The notes: generated from the letters alone by a model not told the origin. DNA of 64,000 nucleotides from Eledone cirrhosa (GCA_964016885.1 OZ024766.1:15314001-15378000), one strand, 5' to 3'. Positions 27,405 to 41,285 are shown, numbered from the stretch's first letter. Made by a program: numbers and translations.

Positions 27405-28780
27405 GAATTCTGTGTCATCTCGAGAGAGACCTACAACAACTTAGCTCTCCAACATCTTAATGACCACAGCCTCTACTCGAAAGTCACAGGGACCTCCTCG
27501 ACTCTAATCGAGGAAGGCATTAACACCATATGGACTAACATCTGTGTCCAACGAAAACTGCCAAAGAAGGTAAAAAACAACTTAATGACTCTAAACAGCA
27601 AATTACCCACCTTCTACCACCTGGTCAAAACACATAAACAAGGACCCGATTTGAAAATCAGGCCCATTGTCTCTAGCGTGGAGGGCCCACTCTACAAAAT
27701 ATCGTGGCTGCTCTCCACACTACTGAAACCTATTCTACACACACTACCAGCCCACGTCTGCAGCTCAAAGGAAGTCTTGGAGCGACTACACCATCTGGCG
27801 CCCAACACCAGAAAGGACAACGGTTATGCCTTCAGTCTTGATGTGGTCGCCCTTTATACCTCCGTACCAGCACCCCCAGCTGTCGACCTGTTGACCGAAC
27901 GAGTCCGAGCATCTAACTTACACTGCTTCGGACTCACACACACGGACATCCACCAACTCCTCTCCTTCGTTGTGGATAATGCACTCTTCAATTTCCTCGG
28001 CCACACGTACAAACAAATCTCTGGGCTACCTATGGGCTCTAGTCTGTCCGGCATACTTGCGATCTCGTACATGGACCACCTGGAACGCAAGGCACTCAAT
28101 ACCTGCCAACCCAACGCCGTCGCCTTCTACTCCAGATACGTTGATGATATCCTGATACTTACTTCTTCCCGGGAGATGGCGAATGAAATTCACCAAATCT
28201 TCAACGATACTGACCATCACATCGATTTCACCATCGAACACCCAGGAGAAGACGGGTCACTCGCCCTCCTCGACTTCCGTATCAACATCTCGGAAGAAGG
28301 AGACATAAACACCACCTTCTACCGCAAGGCAGCGTGCAAGGACTTATTTGTGCATTATAACTCAGCCCTCCCCAACAACGCTAAGAGAGGCTATGTCCTA
28401 AATGAACTGACACGGATCACTAATAGATGCAGCGACCCGATGGGTGGTCTCACCCATACCACGCAATTCCGTAATCTACTCAGATCTAATGGTTATCCCA
28501 AGCGACTGATTAACGGAATTAGAGACCCCAGACCCAATAGACAGACACCCACTAGAAAACTTAATAATAGCAGGTGCTTCTTTAAAATCCCCCACCTGAG
28601 TGAATATACCACGAACGCCATCCGCAGGGCCATACGGACGGAGGGACTTGACATACGTTTGGCCCACACAGGACCTTCGCTGCGAAGATGCCTCTCCAAC
28701 AAACCCGACGAGTCAGATGGGACGTGTTCCCTCAGCAACTGCCCGATACGGGGGGCAGATTGCCTACGCACCTATGTCGT
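27405..28780 (+). mobile_element. Penelope-like element reverse transcriptase, truncated at both ends
   Basis: PTFYHLVKTHK, IRPIVS, SLDVVALYTSVP, QISGLPMGSSLS, YSRYVDDI, LLDFRI, FYRK, HYNSALP, NGYP and a Cys-rich linker; frame open from about 27405; ends before the GIY-YIG domain. Confidence 0.9.
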
Positions 28781-28781
28781 G

Positions 28782-28980
28782 AGGGGGAATATCAGGTGCA
28801 GGGTTGGCGAATTTCAGGCAACATGGAGGTTTTAAAGGATGCAGTGTCCCGGCAGCTAACAACTGATGCAGGTAGTTTGTTCCATGCTTCAGTGAATTTC
28901 AGGAAGCATGGAGGTTTTAAAGGATGCAGTGTCCTGGCAGCACACAACTGATGCAGGTAGTTTGTTCCATACTTCAGCAA
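28782..28980 (-). mobile_element. CR1/L2-type LINE 3'-end fragment, internally duplicated
   Basis: Encodes EAWNKLPASVVSCRDTASFK; same family at 35060-35330, 45735-45915 and 47265-47795. Confidence 0.7.
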
Positions 28981-29157
28981 ATTTTTATATATATTGATTG
29001 ACCAACAGTTAAAAAATATAAATATAAATATAGTTTCTCAGAGTTTTTTCATCACATATCTGTGACATCATCAGTGATATTTCTATGCTTGTCATATTCC
29101 TGTGATGTTTTCTTATTCTATTTTATTTATTTGCAGTAGTTCCAACGTAAAAGACTT

Positions 29158-29240
29158 TCATAATAGTTGATCACTATAAATAACAGTTAGGAAAACCAGA
29201 TAAAGTACATGTGGAGATAGAAAGAAGTAGACGGAGGGTC
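29158..29240 (-). CDS. Candidate terminal exon of the multi-EGF gene (hydrophobic tail)
   Basis: Acceptor CCTGTTCCTTACAG; phase-1 reading (G)PSVYFFLSPHVLYLVFLTVIYSDQLL*; AATAAA about 30 nt downstream. No homology support. Confidence 0.35.
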
Positions 29241-29364
29241 CTGTAAGGAACAGGTGCAAGTTTGCTTCCTTGCAAATACTTCTGTCTACATCTACCTTTC
29301 TCCTGAGATACTTTACTACCCACATTAACCTGTCACCTGTGGTCCATTACTGTCCACCAGGAAT

Positions 29365-29545
29365 AATAATTGTTTCTACTTTCAGCACAAGGTCAGCAAT
29401 TATCCCAGTGTATTACTGGTACTTTATTTTATCGACCCCGTAAGGATGAAAGGCAAAGTTAACTTCGGCGGGATTTGAACTCAGATTGTAAAGGGACATA
29501 ACTATGCTGGAAAGCACGGCATCCGACTCTCTACCGATACTGCCA
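29365..29545 (-). mobile_element. SINE family 1
   Basis: Homologous to 5654-5841. Confidence 0.85.
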
Positions 29546-30505
29546 TAATATAGTTAGACTAGTTAGAAGTAGAAATAAACGACTATTAAACCTATGTAGT
29601 CATTAATAATATAGTTATACTAGTTAGTAGTAAAAGTAAAAGAGTAATACACCTATGTAGCCATTAATAATATAGTTATACTAGTTAGTAGTAAAAGTAA
29701 AAGAGTAATAAACCTATGTAGTCATTAATAATATAGTTATACTAGTTAGTAGTAAAAGTAAAAGAGTAATAAACCTATGTAGTCATTAATAATATAGTTA
29801 TACTAGTTAGTAGTAAAAGTAATAGAGTAATAAACCTATGTAGTCATTAATAATATAGTTATACTAGTTAGTAGTAAAAGTAAAAGAGTATTAAACATAT
29901 GTAGTCATTAATAATATAGTTATACTAGTTAGTAGTAAAAGTGAAAGAGTAATACACCTATGTAGTCATTAATAATATAGTTATACTAGTTAGTAGTAAA
30001 AGTAAAAGAGTAATAAACCTATGTAGTCATTAATAATATAGTTATACTAGTTAGTAGTAAAAGTAATAGAGTAATAAACCTATGTAGTCATTAATAATAT
30101 AGTTATACTAGTTAGTAGTAAAAGTAAAAGAGTATTAAACATATGTAGTCATTAATAATATAGTTATACTAGTTAGTAGTAAAAGTGAAAGAGTAATACA
30201 CCTATGTAGTCATTAATAATTTAGTTATACTAGTTAGTAGTAAAAGTGAAAGAGTAATACACCTATGTAGCCATTAATAATATAGTTATACTAGTTAGTA
30301 GTAAAAGTAAAAGAGTAATAAACCTATGTAGACATTAATAATATAGTTATACTAGTTAGTAGTAAACGTAAAAGAGTAATAAACATATGTAGACATTAAT
30401 AATATAGTTATACTAGTTAGTAGTAAAAGTAAAAGAGTAATAAACATATGTAGACATTAATAATATAGTTATACTAGTTAGTAGTAAACGTAAAAGAGTA
30501 TTAAA
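29546..30505. repeat. 61-bp tandem satellite (about 15 copies)
   Basis: Unit CATTAATAATATAGTTATACTAGTTAGTAGTAAAAGTAAAAGAGTAATAAACCTATGTAGT; period checked at 29601, 29662 and 29723. Confidence 0.95.
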
Positions 30506-30510
30506 CCAAC

Positions 30511-30648
30511 CAGTTTGACAATCAGTTCCTATATAGCCTGGTTCACAGTTGCCCTCTTCACAAACACCATTGGTTCTGTTGCAGTATTTACCTTCTTCAC
30601 AATGACAAACCTTTTGACAGTTAGACCCAAAAGTATTGCTTGGACAGA
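30511..30648 (-). CDS. Multi-EGF gene exon (intact)
   Basis: CCAG|138 bp|GTTGGT, phase 1-1; CPSNTFGSNCQKVCHCEEGKYCNRTNGVCEEGNCEPGYIGTDCQT. Confidence 0.88.
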
Positions 30649-30686
30649 CTGGATGAAATAAAGGATCAAACAGAAATTTAGTAAAT

Positions 30687-30882
30687 TTAACCCTTTAGCA
30701 TTTACATTACTTTATATATATATACTATTGTATTTTTACAGTAAACACTTTATCACATATTATGGAGTCTACGAGATTTTGATGATGATATTATTTATTT
30801 ATAGAAGAATACCTTAATGTCAGTATTGGTGACCGGTTATTGAAAGAAGTCAATATATAACCCTTTAGCATTTACATTACTC
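30687..30882 (+). mobile_element. TTAA-flanked (piggyBac-like) MITE pieces; the second copy is split by the RTE and resumes at 33357-33561
   Basis: TTAACCCTTTAGCATTT...AAATGCTAAAGGGTTAA termini; uninterrupted copies at about 38876-39102 and 46277-46506. Confidence 0.7.
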
Positions 30883-33356
30883 ATAGACATTCAATGTAGA
30901 AGAGAACTGGGAGTTCCTAAAAAATAACTTACTAGAGGCGACGGATGAGGTCTGTGGCTGGAGTAAGACCTCAAGCAGGAGGAGAGTGACTTGGTGGTGG
31001 AACAATAAGGTATATGAGGCAGTCAAGGCCAAGAGACAGGCATGGAAAGAATGGAAGAACGGGGGGAGCAGGGTAAATTACATAGAGAACAAGAGAGAAG
31101 CTAGGCGACAAGTATACTTAGCTAGGAGGGAAGCAGAGGATAGAAAATTCAAGCATGTTTTGCAATGTAAGGACCAGAAACAGGAGGTGTTCAAGATTGC
31201 GAGGTAGTGTGTCAGAGAGAATTGTGATGTCATTGGAGAGAAGTGTATCCGGAATGATAAAGGTGAGCTTGCCCTCACAAGTGCTGAGAAGAAAGATGCA
31301 TGGAAGAGTCATTATGATAGATTACTAAATGAGGAGAATGCATGAGAAGAAGAGACCCTACCCCAAGTAGACCCTATAGAGGGGCCAGCAGTACAAGTCA
31401 GCAGCAGCGTAGTAAGTAAGGCAATCAAAGATATGAAGATGGGGAAGGCAACCGGTCCATCAGGTATAGCTGCTGAGATGCTGAAGGCATCTGGGTCTGT
31501 AGGTCACACTATAACCACACGTATTGTTAACCAGGTAATACTAGAAGGTGTCATACCAAAAGATTGGTGCAGTAGCATTATTGTCAACTGCTACAAAGGT
31601 AAAGGTGATGCACTAGATAGAGGAAACTATAGAGGTATAAAGCTGATGGACCAGGTCATGAAAGTAACAGAAAGAGTTATAGCACAGTTGATTAGGGACC
31701 GGGTGAAACTAGATGAGATGCAATTTGGGTTTGTACCAGGAAGAGGCACCACTGATGCCCTCTTCCTTGTGAGGCAGTACAGGAAAAGTACCTAGCTAAA
31801 AGCAAGCCACTCTACCTGCCATTTGTCGATCTCGAGAAAGCCTTTGACAGAGTTCCACGTGCTGTAATCTGATGGGCTCTTAGAAAACTAGGAGTAGATG
31901 AATGGCTTGTGAAAGCGGTACAAGCCATGTATAGGGGAGCAGTCAGCAAAGTTAGGATTAGTAATGAGTATAGCGAGGAATTTAGCGTACAGGTTGGGGT
32001 CCACCAGGGCTCTGTTCTTAGCCCCCTCCTGTTCATCATAGTCATGCAGGCAATAACGGAGGAGTTTAAGACCGGATGCCCATGGGAACTCCTGTATGCT
32101 GATGACCTCGCACTTATAGCTGAATCTATGGTAGAGCTAGAGAAGAAATTCCAAACTTGGAAGCAGGGACTAGAAAGAAAGGGTCTCAAAGTCAACATGA
32201 TAAAGACTCAGGTCCTTGTAAGTAGACGAGAAAACAGAACCCAGATCCCCTCAGGGAAATGGCCTTGCTCAGTATGTAGGAAAGGTGTAGGTAGGAACTC
32301 CATTCCCTGCCCCAAATGCAAACAATGGGTACACAAGAGATATAGCGGGATCTCAGGAAGCTTAATTAAGAATGTAGGCTTCACATGCAGCAGCTGTGCT
32401 GGGACAGCACGCAGCAAAAAGCCACAGGAAACAAGTACCACCAATCTCTCGGAGGGCTCTGTAGAAAGAGTAGACAGCTTCTGCTACCTAGGTGACCGAA
32501 TTAGCAGCGGAGGTGGGTGTTCAGAAAGTACAATAACTAGGGTAAGAACGGGATGGAAGAAGCTTAGGGAACTACTACCACTGCTAGCTGCAAAAGGCTT
32601 TTCCCTCAAAATGAAAGGCAGACTGTATGATGCGTGTATCCGAACAGCAATGTTGCATGGTAGTGAGACCTGGGCGCTGAAGGTGGAAGACTTATGTAGA
32701 TTAGAGAGAAACGAAGCCTGCATGCTCCGATGGATGTGTAACAGTAATATACGCGAACGACAAAGCATAAATGAATTGAGAGAGAGACTGAGCATAAGAG
32801 GAATCAAATGCTGTGTGCAGGAGAGGCAGTTGCGTTGGTATGGACATGTGATGCGTATGAAGGATGACAGCTGCATAAAAAGGTGCAGAGCACTAGAAGT
32901 CGATGGAAACCGCGGAGTGGGGAGACCCAAGATGACCTGGGATGAGGTGATAAAAACCGACCTTACCCAATTCCACCTCTCAAAGGCGATGACACATGAC
33001 CGTGACCTCTGGCGTCTCGCAGAAATACAGAGTACCCGACCTCCCATGGGTACAAGCTGATGCATATAGACAATAAGCCCCCACACCCCCCACTTCAAGG
33101 TGGTCGTGGAGGTGCCACGGCAAAAAGCACCCAGCCCACACTGTAAAGTGGACGTGTAGGCAACACGAAAAAGCACCCAGCACTCACTGTAAATGAGGTT
33201 GGTGTTAGGAAGGGCATCCAGCTGTAGAAATCAAGCCAAATCAGTTCCTGTATGAGCAAAGCATAGTCAGCCGACCAGACACTGCCCACAACAGGACAAC
33301 CCGTCTAACCCATGCTAGCGTGGAAGAACGGACGTAAAACGGTGATGATGATGATG
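30883..33356 (+). mobile_element. RTE family A, 5'-truncated and disrupted copy
   Basis: Highly similar to 17787-20265 in the opposite orientation; several stops and a frameshift; (GAT)n tail; ACTC on both sides. Confidence 0.92.
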
Positions 33357-33814
33357 ACTCTATATATACTATTGTATTTTCATGGTAAAGGCTTTACCTC
33401 ACATAAGTATCTCATAATGTCGAATCTATGAGATTTTGATTTTATCTATTTTGAGAAGAATACCTTAATGTCAGTATGAGTGGCCAGTTATGGCCGGTTT
33501 CAACAGAAAGAGGTGAGAGGATTCTGGTCAGATATGGCCAGTTTAAATGCTAAAGGGTTAAACACCCCAGTGTTGAAATGTGGTAGTGCTGGTGCCATGA
33601 TCAAGTGCACCAAGCCTACACTGGAAAATGGAAGTGTTTGATGCTGTGATAAAATGCATCCAGCCCATACTGTAAAGTGTTAGTGTGGTACCATGATAAA
33701 AGTAGCAAGACCACCCTGGCATGTGGTAAAGGTGGTGCCATGAGGAAATGCACCCAGTACATGCTGTGAGGTAGTGTTAGGAAGGGCATCCAACAATAGA
33801 AACTATGCTAGAGA

Positions 33815-34490
33815 AACACTGGCACACTTGGAAAATTAGAAGCACACAGGTACAGTGGGAACATCAGAGACACAGTGGGTACTCAAGAGGCACAATGGCT
33901 CACTGTGAACATCCAGAAGCACACTGGGATATTAGAGGCATACTGGCATACTGGGAACATTGGAGCACAGTGGGAACATCAGAGGCACACTGGAATATCA
34001 GTGGACACTAGGTACATAGGAGGCATACTGAGAACATCAGAGGCTCACTGGGCACATCAGAGACACACTGGGAATACAAGAGGCACACTGGGAACATCAG
34101 AAGCACAGTAGGCACATCCGAGGCACACTAGGTATATCAGAGACACACTGGGAACACAAGAGGCAGACTGGGAACATCAGAAGCACAGTAGGTACATCAG
34201 ATGCACACTAGGTATATCAGAGACACACTGGGAACACAAGAGGCACACTGGGAGCATCAGAGGCACAGTTGGCACATCAGAGGCACACTAGGTATATCAG
34301 AGACACACTGGGAACACAAGAGGCAGACTGGGAGCATCAGAGGCACAGTTGGCACATCAGAGGCACACTGAGCACATCAGAGACACACTGGGAATACAAG
34401 AGGCATACTGGGAACATCAGAAGCAGAGTAGGTACACAAGAGGCAGACTGGGAACATCAGAGGCACACAGGGCACATCAGGAGGCACGCT
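33815..34490. repeat. 20-bp minisatellite GGCACACTGGGAACATCAGA
   Basis: Degenerate tandem copies. Confidence 0.9.
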
Positions 34491-34532
34491 GTTAATAAAT
34501 GAACATTTACAGTTTAAAATAAGCATACTAAC

Positions 34533-34670
34533 AAGCTTGGCAGTCATGACCAGTAAAACCAGGTAGACACTTGTTGTTTGGACAGTGTCCAGTTTTAGGG
34601 TTACAGTTTGCACTGTCCTTGCATTTACAGGGATTTGAACAATGGACACCAAAATAACCAGCTTTACACA
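34533..34670 (-). CDS. Multi-EGF gene exon (intact)
   Basis: ACAG|138 bp|GTTAGT; CKAGYFGVHCSNPCKCKDSANCNPKTGHCPNNKCLPGFTGHDCQA. Confidence 0.88.
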
Positions 34671-34725
34671 CTGTTAAAATAAAACAAACAAGTAGAAATA
34701 TCTAACATTACTTTACAAATATATA

Positions 34726-35797
34726 CAGGGTGCAGCATAAATACTGTTACAAAATATCAAATGAGTTTAAGTCATAATATTAATTACTTTATGCTTTGCA
34801 GCATAGAGTTACGGCCCTTTATGATCTGAGTTCAAATCCCGCCCAGATTAACTTTGCCTTTCATCCTTACTGGGTCGATAAAATAAAGTACCAGTCACAC
34901 ACAGGGAGCGCTTTAATAGACCCCCCCCCCCCCCCCACAAATTTCTGGCCTTATGCTTATATAAGAAACCAATAATAATTACTTTATTATTGATCTGATT
35001 GCTCAAATATTAACCTAATACTATATACTAACTGTTTTGGGGGTTATATAAGGATTCATTGCACATTTTTTCATGTTCAGAGTTGCTGAAGCATGGAACA
35101 AATTACCTGCATCAGTTGTTAGCTACTGGGACACTACATCCTTTAAAACCTCCATGCTTCCTGAAATTCGCCAACACTACACCTGATATCCCCCTTCCAT
35201 ACACACGCATGCATGTGTGTGTATTTCATGACTCATACACTGTTCACTTTCCTGACCTTTATACATTATTCTATGTACTATATATGCACCTGAGCAGTGT
35301 ACACAATAATTTCATTATTATTATTATTTAAATGTCCTTAGAATTGAAAGGAAAATTCATAATTGGACAGCATGAAAAAAAGTAGACTCCACCTCAGATT
35401 TTTATAACTGGAAAACAGCTTGAAATTAACAGAATGCTCATAAAAAGGACCATTGATCACTTCAAAGAAACTTCCTCAACAAAAGCCAAGATCAGGATGT
35501 CCTAGCACCTTCTGAACACCAAAACTAATCAAATACATGCATGAGAAAATCAGATGTAAGCCAAAAAGATTCATGAGAAAAATGGTGAAAGAGGCCGAAA
35601 TTTCAGAGAGATCCATGAGGAGGCTATGTAAAGATGATCTCGAGATGTGAGAACAAAAGGAAAGCATATCAAATAAGATTTCATGGTGTTAATAAACATT
35701 TTATTAATTACATTGTGCCACAATTGTAGCTAGGTACAATAAATATTGAAGGAGTTATAAGCATTTTATTTTGTAACAGTATTTATGCCGTACTATG
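34726..35797 (+). mobile_element. Internally deleted Tc1/mariner element carrying nested SINE1 and CR1 fragments
   Basis: TA-flanked TIRs sharing CATAAATACTGTTACAAAAT; transposase N-terminal relic at 35440-35645 (KRTIDHFKETSS, PRSGCP, MRKMVKEAEISERSMRRLCKDDL). Confidence 0.7.
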
Positions 35798-35897
35798 TAG
35801 TATTATGTGGTCAGAAACTCTCAAGAAAGTTGGACAGGAGAAGGTCACCAGAGAAGAACCACCCTCTCACCTCATGCAAGGGTTTCAGCCATTAACC

Positions 35898-36190
35898 CAG
35901 GCATGGGCAACCTTTTTCGAGAAGCGGGCTGCATGAGATATGGCTCATCATCAGGGAGGCCGCAAGCGCTAATTTACATTTGTGCCCACATTAAAAAAAA
36001 AGGGTGATAACTCAGGTTGTTTTGATTTGTTTCTTCAGAATTCGTACACGTTGTTTTCCTCAATCGTTAAAAATTATAGAAAGATAAATTACGACTGAAA
36101 AGTTGGGGTAAAAAAATCAGAAAGATTTCACTTAGGTGATTTAGGTGAGTCATTTAGAAAGCTTTGTGGGCCGCAGGTTACCCATGACTG
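35898..36190. mobile_element. hAT-type MITE
   Basis: TIRs CAGGCATGGGCAACCT / AGGTTACCCATGACTG; degenerate 8-bp TSD CATTAACC / CCTTAATC; GGCCGC subterminal motifs. Confidence 0.7.
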
Positions 36191-37667
36191 CCTTAATCTA
36201 TTTAACATTTACATTACTGTGTTTAAGTGTGTGTGAGTGAGTGCATTTGTGTGTTTTAATGTGAGTGTGTTTGTGTGTTTTAGTGTGTGAGTACATTTGA
36301 GCATTTAAGAGTGTGAAAGAGTATGTGTGTGAGTGTGTTTGTGTGTTTTAGAGTGTGAGTGCATGTGTGTGTTTATGTGTATGTGTGTGTGAACTCTTTT
36401 ATTCACCTCTTACAATAGGAAAGGACACTGTGCCAGTTATTTTGTGTCTCAACTAATTGCAACAAAGCTAATAAACTTTCATGCTCTATTTAACACTAAC
36501 ACAAGTGTAAATGGTGTTAAACTTACAATCATGTTCTGGGTTTCATTCTTGGACTGGGTTGTGTGTTATGTTCTTGAGCAAAACATTATACTCAGTATGT
36601 ATGAATGGTCCTGTAACTCCTGACAGAGTCGTAGAGGTGCCGTATTAACAGACATCATTTCTTGGGTATTTTAAGCCAGGCGGAGCCCATCCCTGTCCAG
36701 GCCTGAATACAGCAGATTTCTTCCAGAGAAAGATAGAAAGTGAGAGAGAGGAAATGAGAAAGAGATATAGAAGAAGAATCGACCCCAGTACTAGACTGGT
36801 ACTTTTTTATTGACATCAAAAGGATGAAAGGCAAAGTTGACCTCAGCGGGATTTGAACTCAGAGAGCAGAGAGTCGGAACGAATACCACAAAGCATTCTA
36901 TCTGATGTTCTAACGACTCTGCCAATTCACTGCCTATATACTCAGTATACTCAGTTGGAAATGAGTATCAACAATTGCTGGGGGGTTTTCTCTGCAATGG
37001 ACTGGTGTCCTGTCCAGGCTGGAATTGTTTACTGTCAGTCACTTAACACCATGGAAACCAAGGTAAACACTGGCCTGATTAGCATCCAGGCTTGAGACAG
37101 ACTTTAGACTCAGAACAAGTAACAGCCAAATTATAGATTAGTATGATAAAAAGGAAAGGACACATTAAATAGTGTAGTCCTAGTTATGCAATGCCTGAGA
37201 GAAGGGTGGAATGTGCTTATCTCGGTTTCCATGGTGTGAAGCAACTGAGAGTATAGAATTCCATCCTGCACAGGACTCCTGTCCTGTGCAGGATGGAATT
37301 TAAAATCCCCCAGCAATTGCTGGTACTCATTTTCAACTGAGTATACTACGCAAGAATGTTTTGCTTAAGAACGCAATGCACAGCCAAGTCCAGGAACCAA
37401 ACCCACAACATTATGATTGTAAATCCAACAGCTTTACCACTTGTGTTAGTGTTAGATAGAGATGACAGTTCATTGATCTCATAACTAGTTTAAACTGTAA
37501 ACAACTGACAGTGTCCTTACATATTATAAAGAGGTGAATAAAAGATATTGAAAAAGATACTGTCAATTCACCAGCTTTTATTTTAATTTACAAATCTGCC
37601 CCCCCCCCCCCCCACTCCCATAAAAAAAAAAAGAAAGAATGGAAATTCGATATTTAGTTTTACTCAC

Positions 37668-37805
37668 CATTTTGGCAGTTTCTTCCTTCAAAACCAGCAA
37701 CACATCTTCCGTCAGAACATATTCCTGTCACTGAGTCACATTTGTTGCTGTCTACACAGTGACATATACCTTCACAGTTGCTGCCAAATCTACCATTCTG
37801 GCAGA
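37668..37805 (-). CDS. Multi-EGF gene exon (intact)
   Basis: AAAG|138 bp|GTGAGT; CQNGRFGSNCEGICHCVDSNKCDSVTGICSDGRCVAGFEGRNCQN. Confidence 0.9.
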
Positions 37806-38092
37806 CTTTCAAAGAAACAAAAACATTGTTTGTTAATAAAAAAAAAAGCAAACCCTTTTTGGTTCAGAAACTTCTGGCGGAATCCCAAAGTCTCATATTT
37901 TTATATGGTTTGAATATAAATATACTTCTCTACCTTTTTTTCATGGAACCCCAGACATTCCTTTGCAGAACCCTTGGGTTCCATGGATCCCACTTTGGGA
38001 ATGACTAATAAAGAACAACCTAAACTTTTGAGAGATAAAACAAGAATTCATATATGTTGCACAGAGTAATTAGCTTCTTTCATTTCACTCAC

Positions 38093-38230
38093 CTGTTTGA
38101 CAGTTGTTACCTTTATAGCCAGGTGTACACCCACCACTCGAACAGGTACCAGATTTAGGGTTACACGTGCTATTGTCATAGCAGTGACAGCTATAGCTAC
38201 AATCTTTACCAAACTTGCCACTGGAGCACT
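38093..38230 (-). CDS. Multi-EGF gene exon (intact)
   Basis: TCAG|138 bp|GTGAGT; CSSGKFGKDCSYSCHCYDNSTCNPKSGTCSSGGCTPGYKGNNCQT. Confidence 0.9.
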
Positions 38231-38274
38231 CTGAAATATAGAGCTATTATTTATTATTTATTCATGAGTGAATA

Positions 38275-38465
38275 AGAATTGTTTCGACTTTTGACACAAG
38301 GCCAGCAATTACCCCAGTGCATTACTGGTACTTTATTTTATCGACCCCGTAAGGACGAAAGGCAAAGTTAACCTTGGCGGGATTTGAACTCAGACCGTAA
38401 AGAACCGTAACTCTATGCTGCAAAGCATGGCATCCGATGCTCTACCGATACTGCCAATCCACCAC
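38275..38465 (-). mobile_element. SINE family 1
   Basis: Homologous to 5654-5841. Confidence 0.85.
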
Positions 38466-39832
38466 CCTCGCGATTCAATAATAATTATTTCTACTTTTTG
38501 CACAAGGCTAGCAATTATCCCAGTGTATTACTGGTACTTTATTAGTAATACACTGGATAACAATAATGTTATAATAGTATTATAATATCATTAATATTCA
38601 GTTTGTTTGCCAGCAAACAGCCTCATAAACACCACGTGTGTTTTCTAGATGAACAATGTCATCCTTTTGTTGTAAAAGGGAAAGAAATGGGCAGAACTGT
38701 TGGAGTGTTTGTTGGATGAAATGCTTTGCAGAACTTCTGAGTTCTGAGTTCAAATCTTGCTCAGGTCAAACTTGAATGTCATTTTTACAAGCTTGATAAA
38801 ATAATGTACCAGTTAAATACTGGGGTAGATATAATCAACTGACTTTCTCTTTACTCCAAAATTAAGAAATCATTATTAACCCTTTACCATTCACATTACT
38901 CTATATATAATATTGTATTTTCATGGTAAAGGCTTTATCTCACATAATTATCTCACATAATATCGAATCTATGAGATTTTGAAAGTATTTATTTTGAGAA
39001 CAATACCTTCACATCAGTTTGAGCGACCAGTTACAGCCAATATCAACAGAAAGAGGTAGAGAATTCTGGCCGGTTTGGGCCGGTTTGAACACGAAAGGGT
39101 TAATTAAAAACATAGGTACATTTGTGCTTTACATAGTTTTGGCTTGGTTTTACTGGTTGGGTATTTCTCTTGCAACCAACCACTTTACTGAGTGGCCTGG
39201 GTGCACCAGTTCTTGAGAGATTGTACTAATTAGGGTGGCACCAAGTGGATACAAAATGTGGGACGAAAAGAAGAGAGAGGAGTCAGTTGAAAATGTCTGA
39301 GTGGAGGTGGCATGAACCTAGAATACTCCGAGGAACAGAGTCCAATATAGTAGTGGTGGAAAGCAGGAGGAGAAGGCACATGGGGAGAGTATCAGTGAAG
39401 AAGAGAAACAATGGTGTATCCATTTGGTTTATAGTCAAGTTTTATTTTTTTTAAACAAGCACCTTTATAGGCTTAGTCGGCCTCCTATGAGGTTGTCACC
39501 CCATAGGAAGTATTCTGGGTGTTTCAATGGTAAGGACACCATGCCTATCATGTTGTTGTTACAGCTCACATTTATGTAGGTTTGGCTGGCCGCCTACAAG
39601 GATGCACTCCATGGGAAATATTCTGGGTGTTTTAATAATAAGGACCCCAGGCCTATCATGTTGTTACAGCTCTACCTATGTAGGTTTAACTGGCCTCTGA
39701 CAAAAATGCACCCCAAAGGAGCCTCGGTCTTTTCATGTCACTCTTTCCTTGGTAAGTTTGGAATCTCACTTTGAAGTGCCATGTGCTCACCTAGAAATAC
39801 AAATAGCATAGAAGATCTACTGAATGACTCAC

Positions 39833-39970
39833 CTGTCTGACAATTGCTACCTTGATAGCCAGCTTCACAGCCACCACTGGAACATACACCTGTGATGGGG
39901 TCACACTTGCTGTTGTTGGCACAGTGACATGAGTTAATACAGTTGTCACCAAATTTACCACTTCTACACT
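39833..39970 (-). CDS. Multi-EGF gene exon (intact)
   Basis: ACAG|138 bp|GTGAGT; CRSGKFGDNCINSCHCANNSKCDPITGVCSSGGCEAGYQGSNCQT. Confidence 0.9.
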
Positions 39971-40004
39971 CTGTGTACATTAAATATGAAGAATATAGAA
40001 GTTA

Positions 40005-41285
40005 GATGGAATGAGATGTGAAATGTATGTGATATACAATGTATGAGTTGTGAAATGTATGGGATGTGAAATGTATGGGATGTGAAATGTAGGAATATGA
40101 AATGTAGTGGGTATGAAATGTAGGGATGTGAAATGTAGGGATGGGGAATGTAAGGATGAGGAATGTAGGAGATGTGAAATGTAGGGATGAGGAATGTAAG
40201 GATGAGGAATGTAGGAGATGTGAAATGTAAGGATGTGAAATGTAGGGATGAGGAATGTAGGAGATGTGAAATGTAGGAGATGTGAAATGTAGGAGATGTG
40301 AAATGTAGTAGATATGAAATGTAAGAGATGTGAAATGTAAGAGATGTGAAATGTAAGAGATGTGAAATGTCAGAGATGTGAAATGTAAGGATGTGAAATG
40401 TAGGACATGTGAAATGTAGGAGATGTGAAATGTAGTAGATGTGAAATGTAGTAGATGTGAAATGTAAGAGATGTGAAATGTAAGAGATGTGAAATGTAAG
40501 AGATGTGAAATGTAAGAGATGTGAAATGTAAGAGATATGAAATGTAAGAGATGTGAAATGTAGGAGATGTGAAATGTAAGGATGTGAAATGTAGCAGATG
40601 TGAAATGAAAGGATGTGAAATGTAAGAGATGTGAAATGTAGGAGATGTGAAATGTAAGAGATGTGAAATGTAGGAGATGTGAAATGTAGGATATGTGAAC
40701 TGTAAGGATGTGAAATGTAAGATATGTGAAATGTAAGAGATGTGAAATGTAGGAGATGTGAAATGTAAGAGATGTGAAATGTAGGAGATGTGAAATGTAG
40801 GAGATGTGAAAGGTAAGAGATGTGAAATGTAGGAGATGTGAAATGTAGGAGATGTGAAATGTAAGAGATGTGAAATGTAGGAGATGTGAAATGTAGGAGA
40901 TGTGAAATGTAGGAGATGTGAAATGTAAGGATGTGAAATGTAAGAGATGTGAAATGTAGGTGATGTGAAATGTAGATGTGAAATGTAGGAGATGTGAAAT
41001 GTAAGGATGTGAAATGTAAGAGATGTGAAATGTAGATGTGAAATGTAAGAGATGTGAAATGTAGGAGATGTGAAATGTAGATGTGAAATGTAAGGGATGT
41101 GAAATGTAGGAGATGTGAAATGCAGGAGATGTGAAATGTAGGAGATGTGAAATGTAAGGATGTGAAAGGTAAGAGATGTGAAATGTAGGTGATGTGAAAT
41201 GTAGGATATGTGAAATGTAAAGGTGTGGATTGTATAATGTGAAATATAGATGTGAATTGTGTGAGATGTGAAATGTAGAGAATGT
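40005..41285. repeat. 16-bp minisatellite GATGTGAAATGTA(G/A)GA
   Basis: Roughly 75 tandem copies; source of the HISYISHLLHFTS ORFs. Confidence 0.95.
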
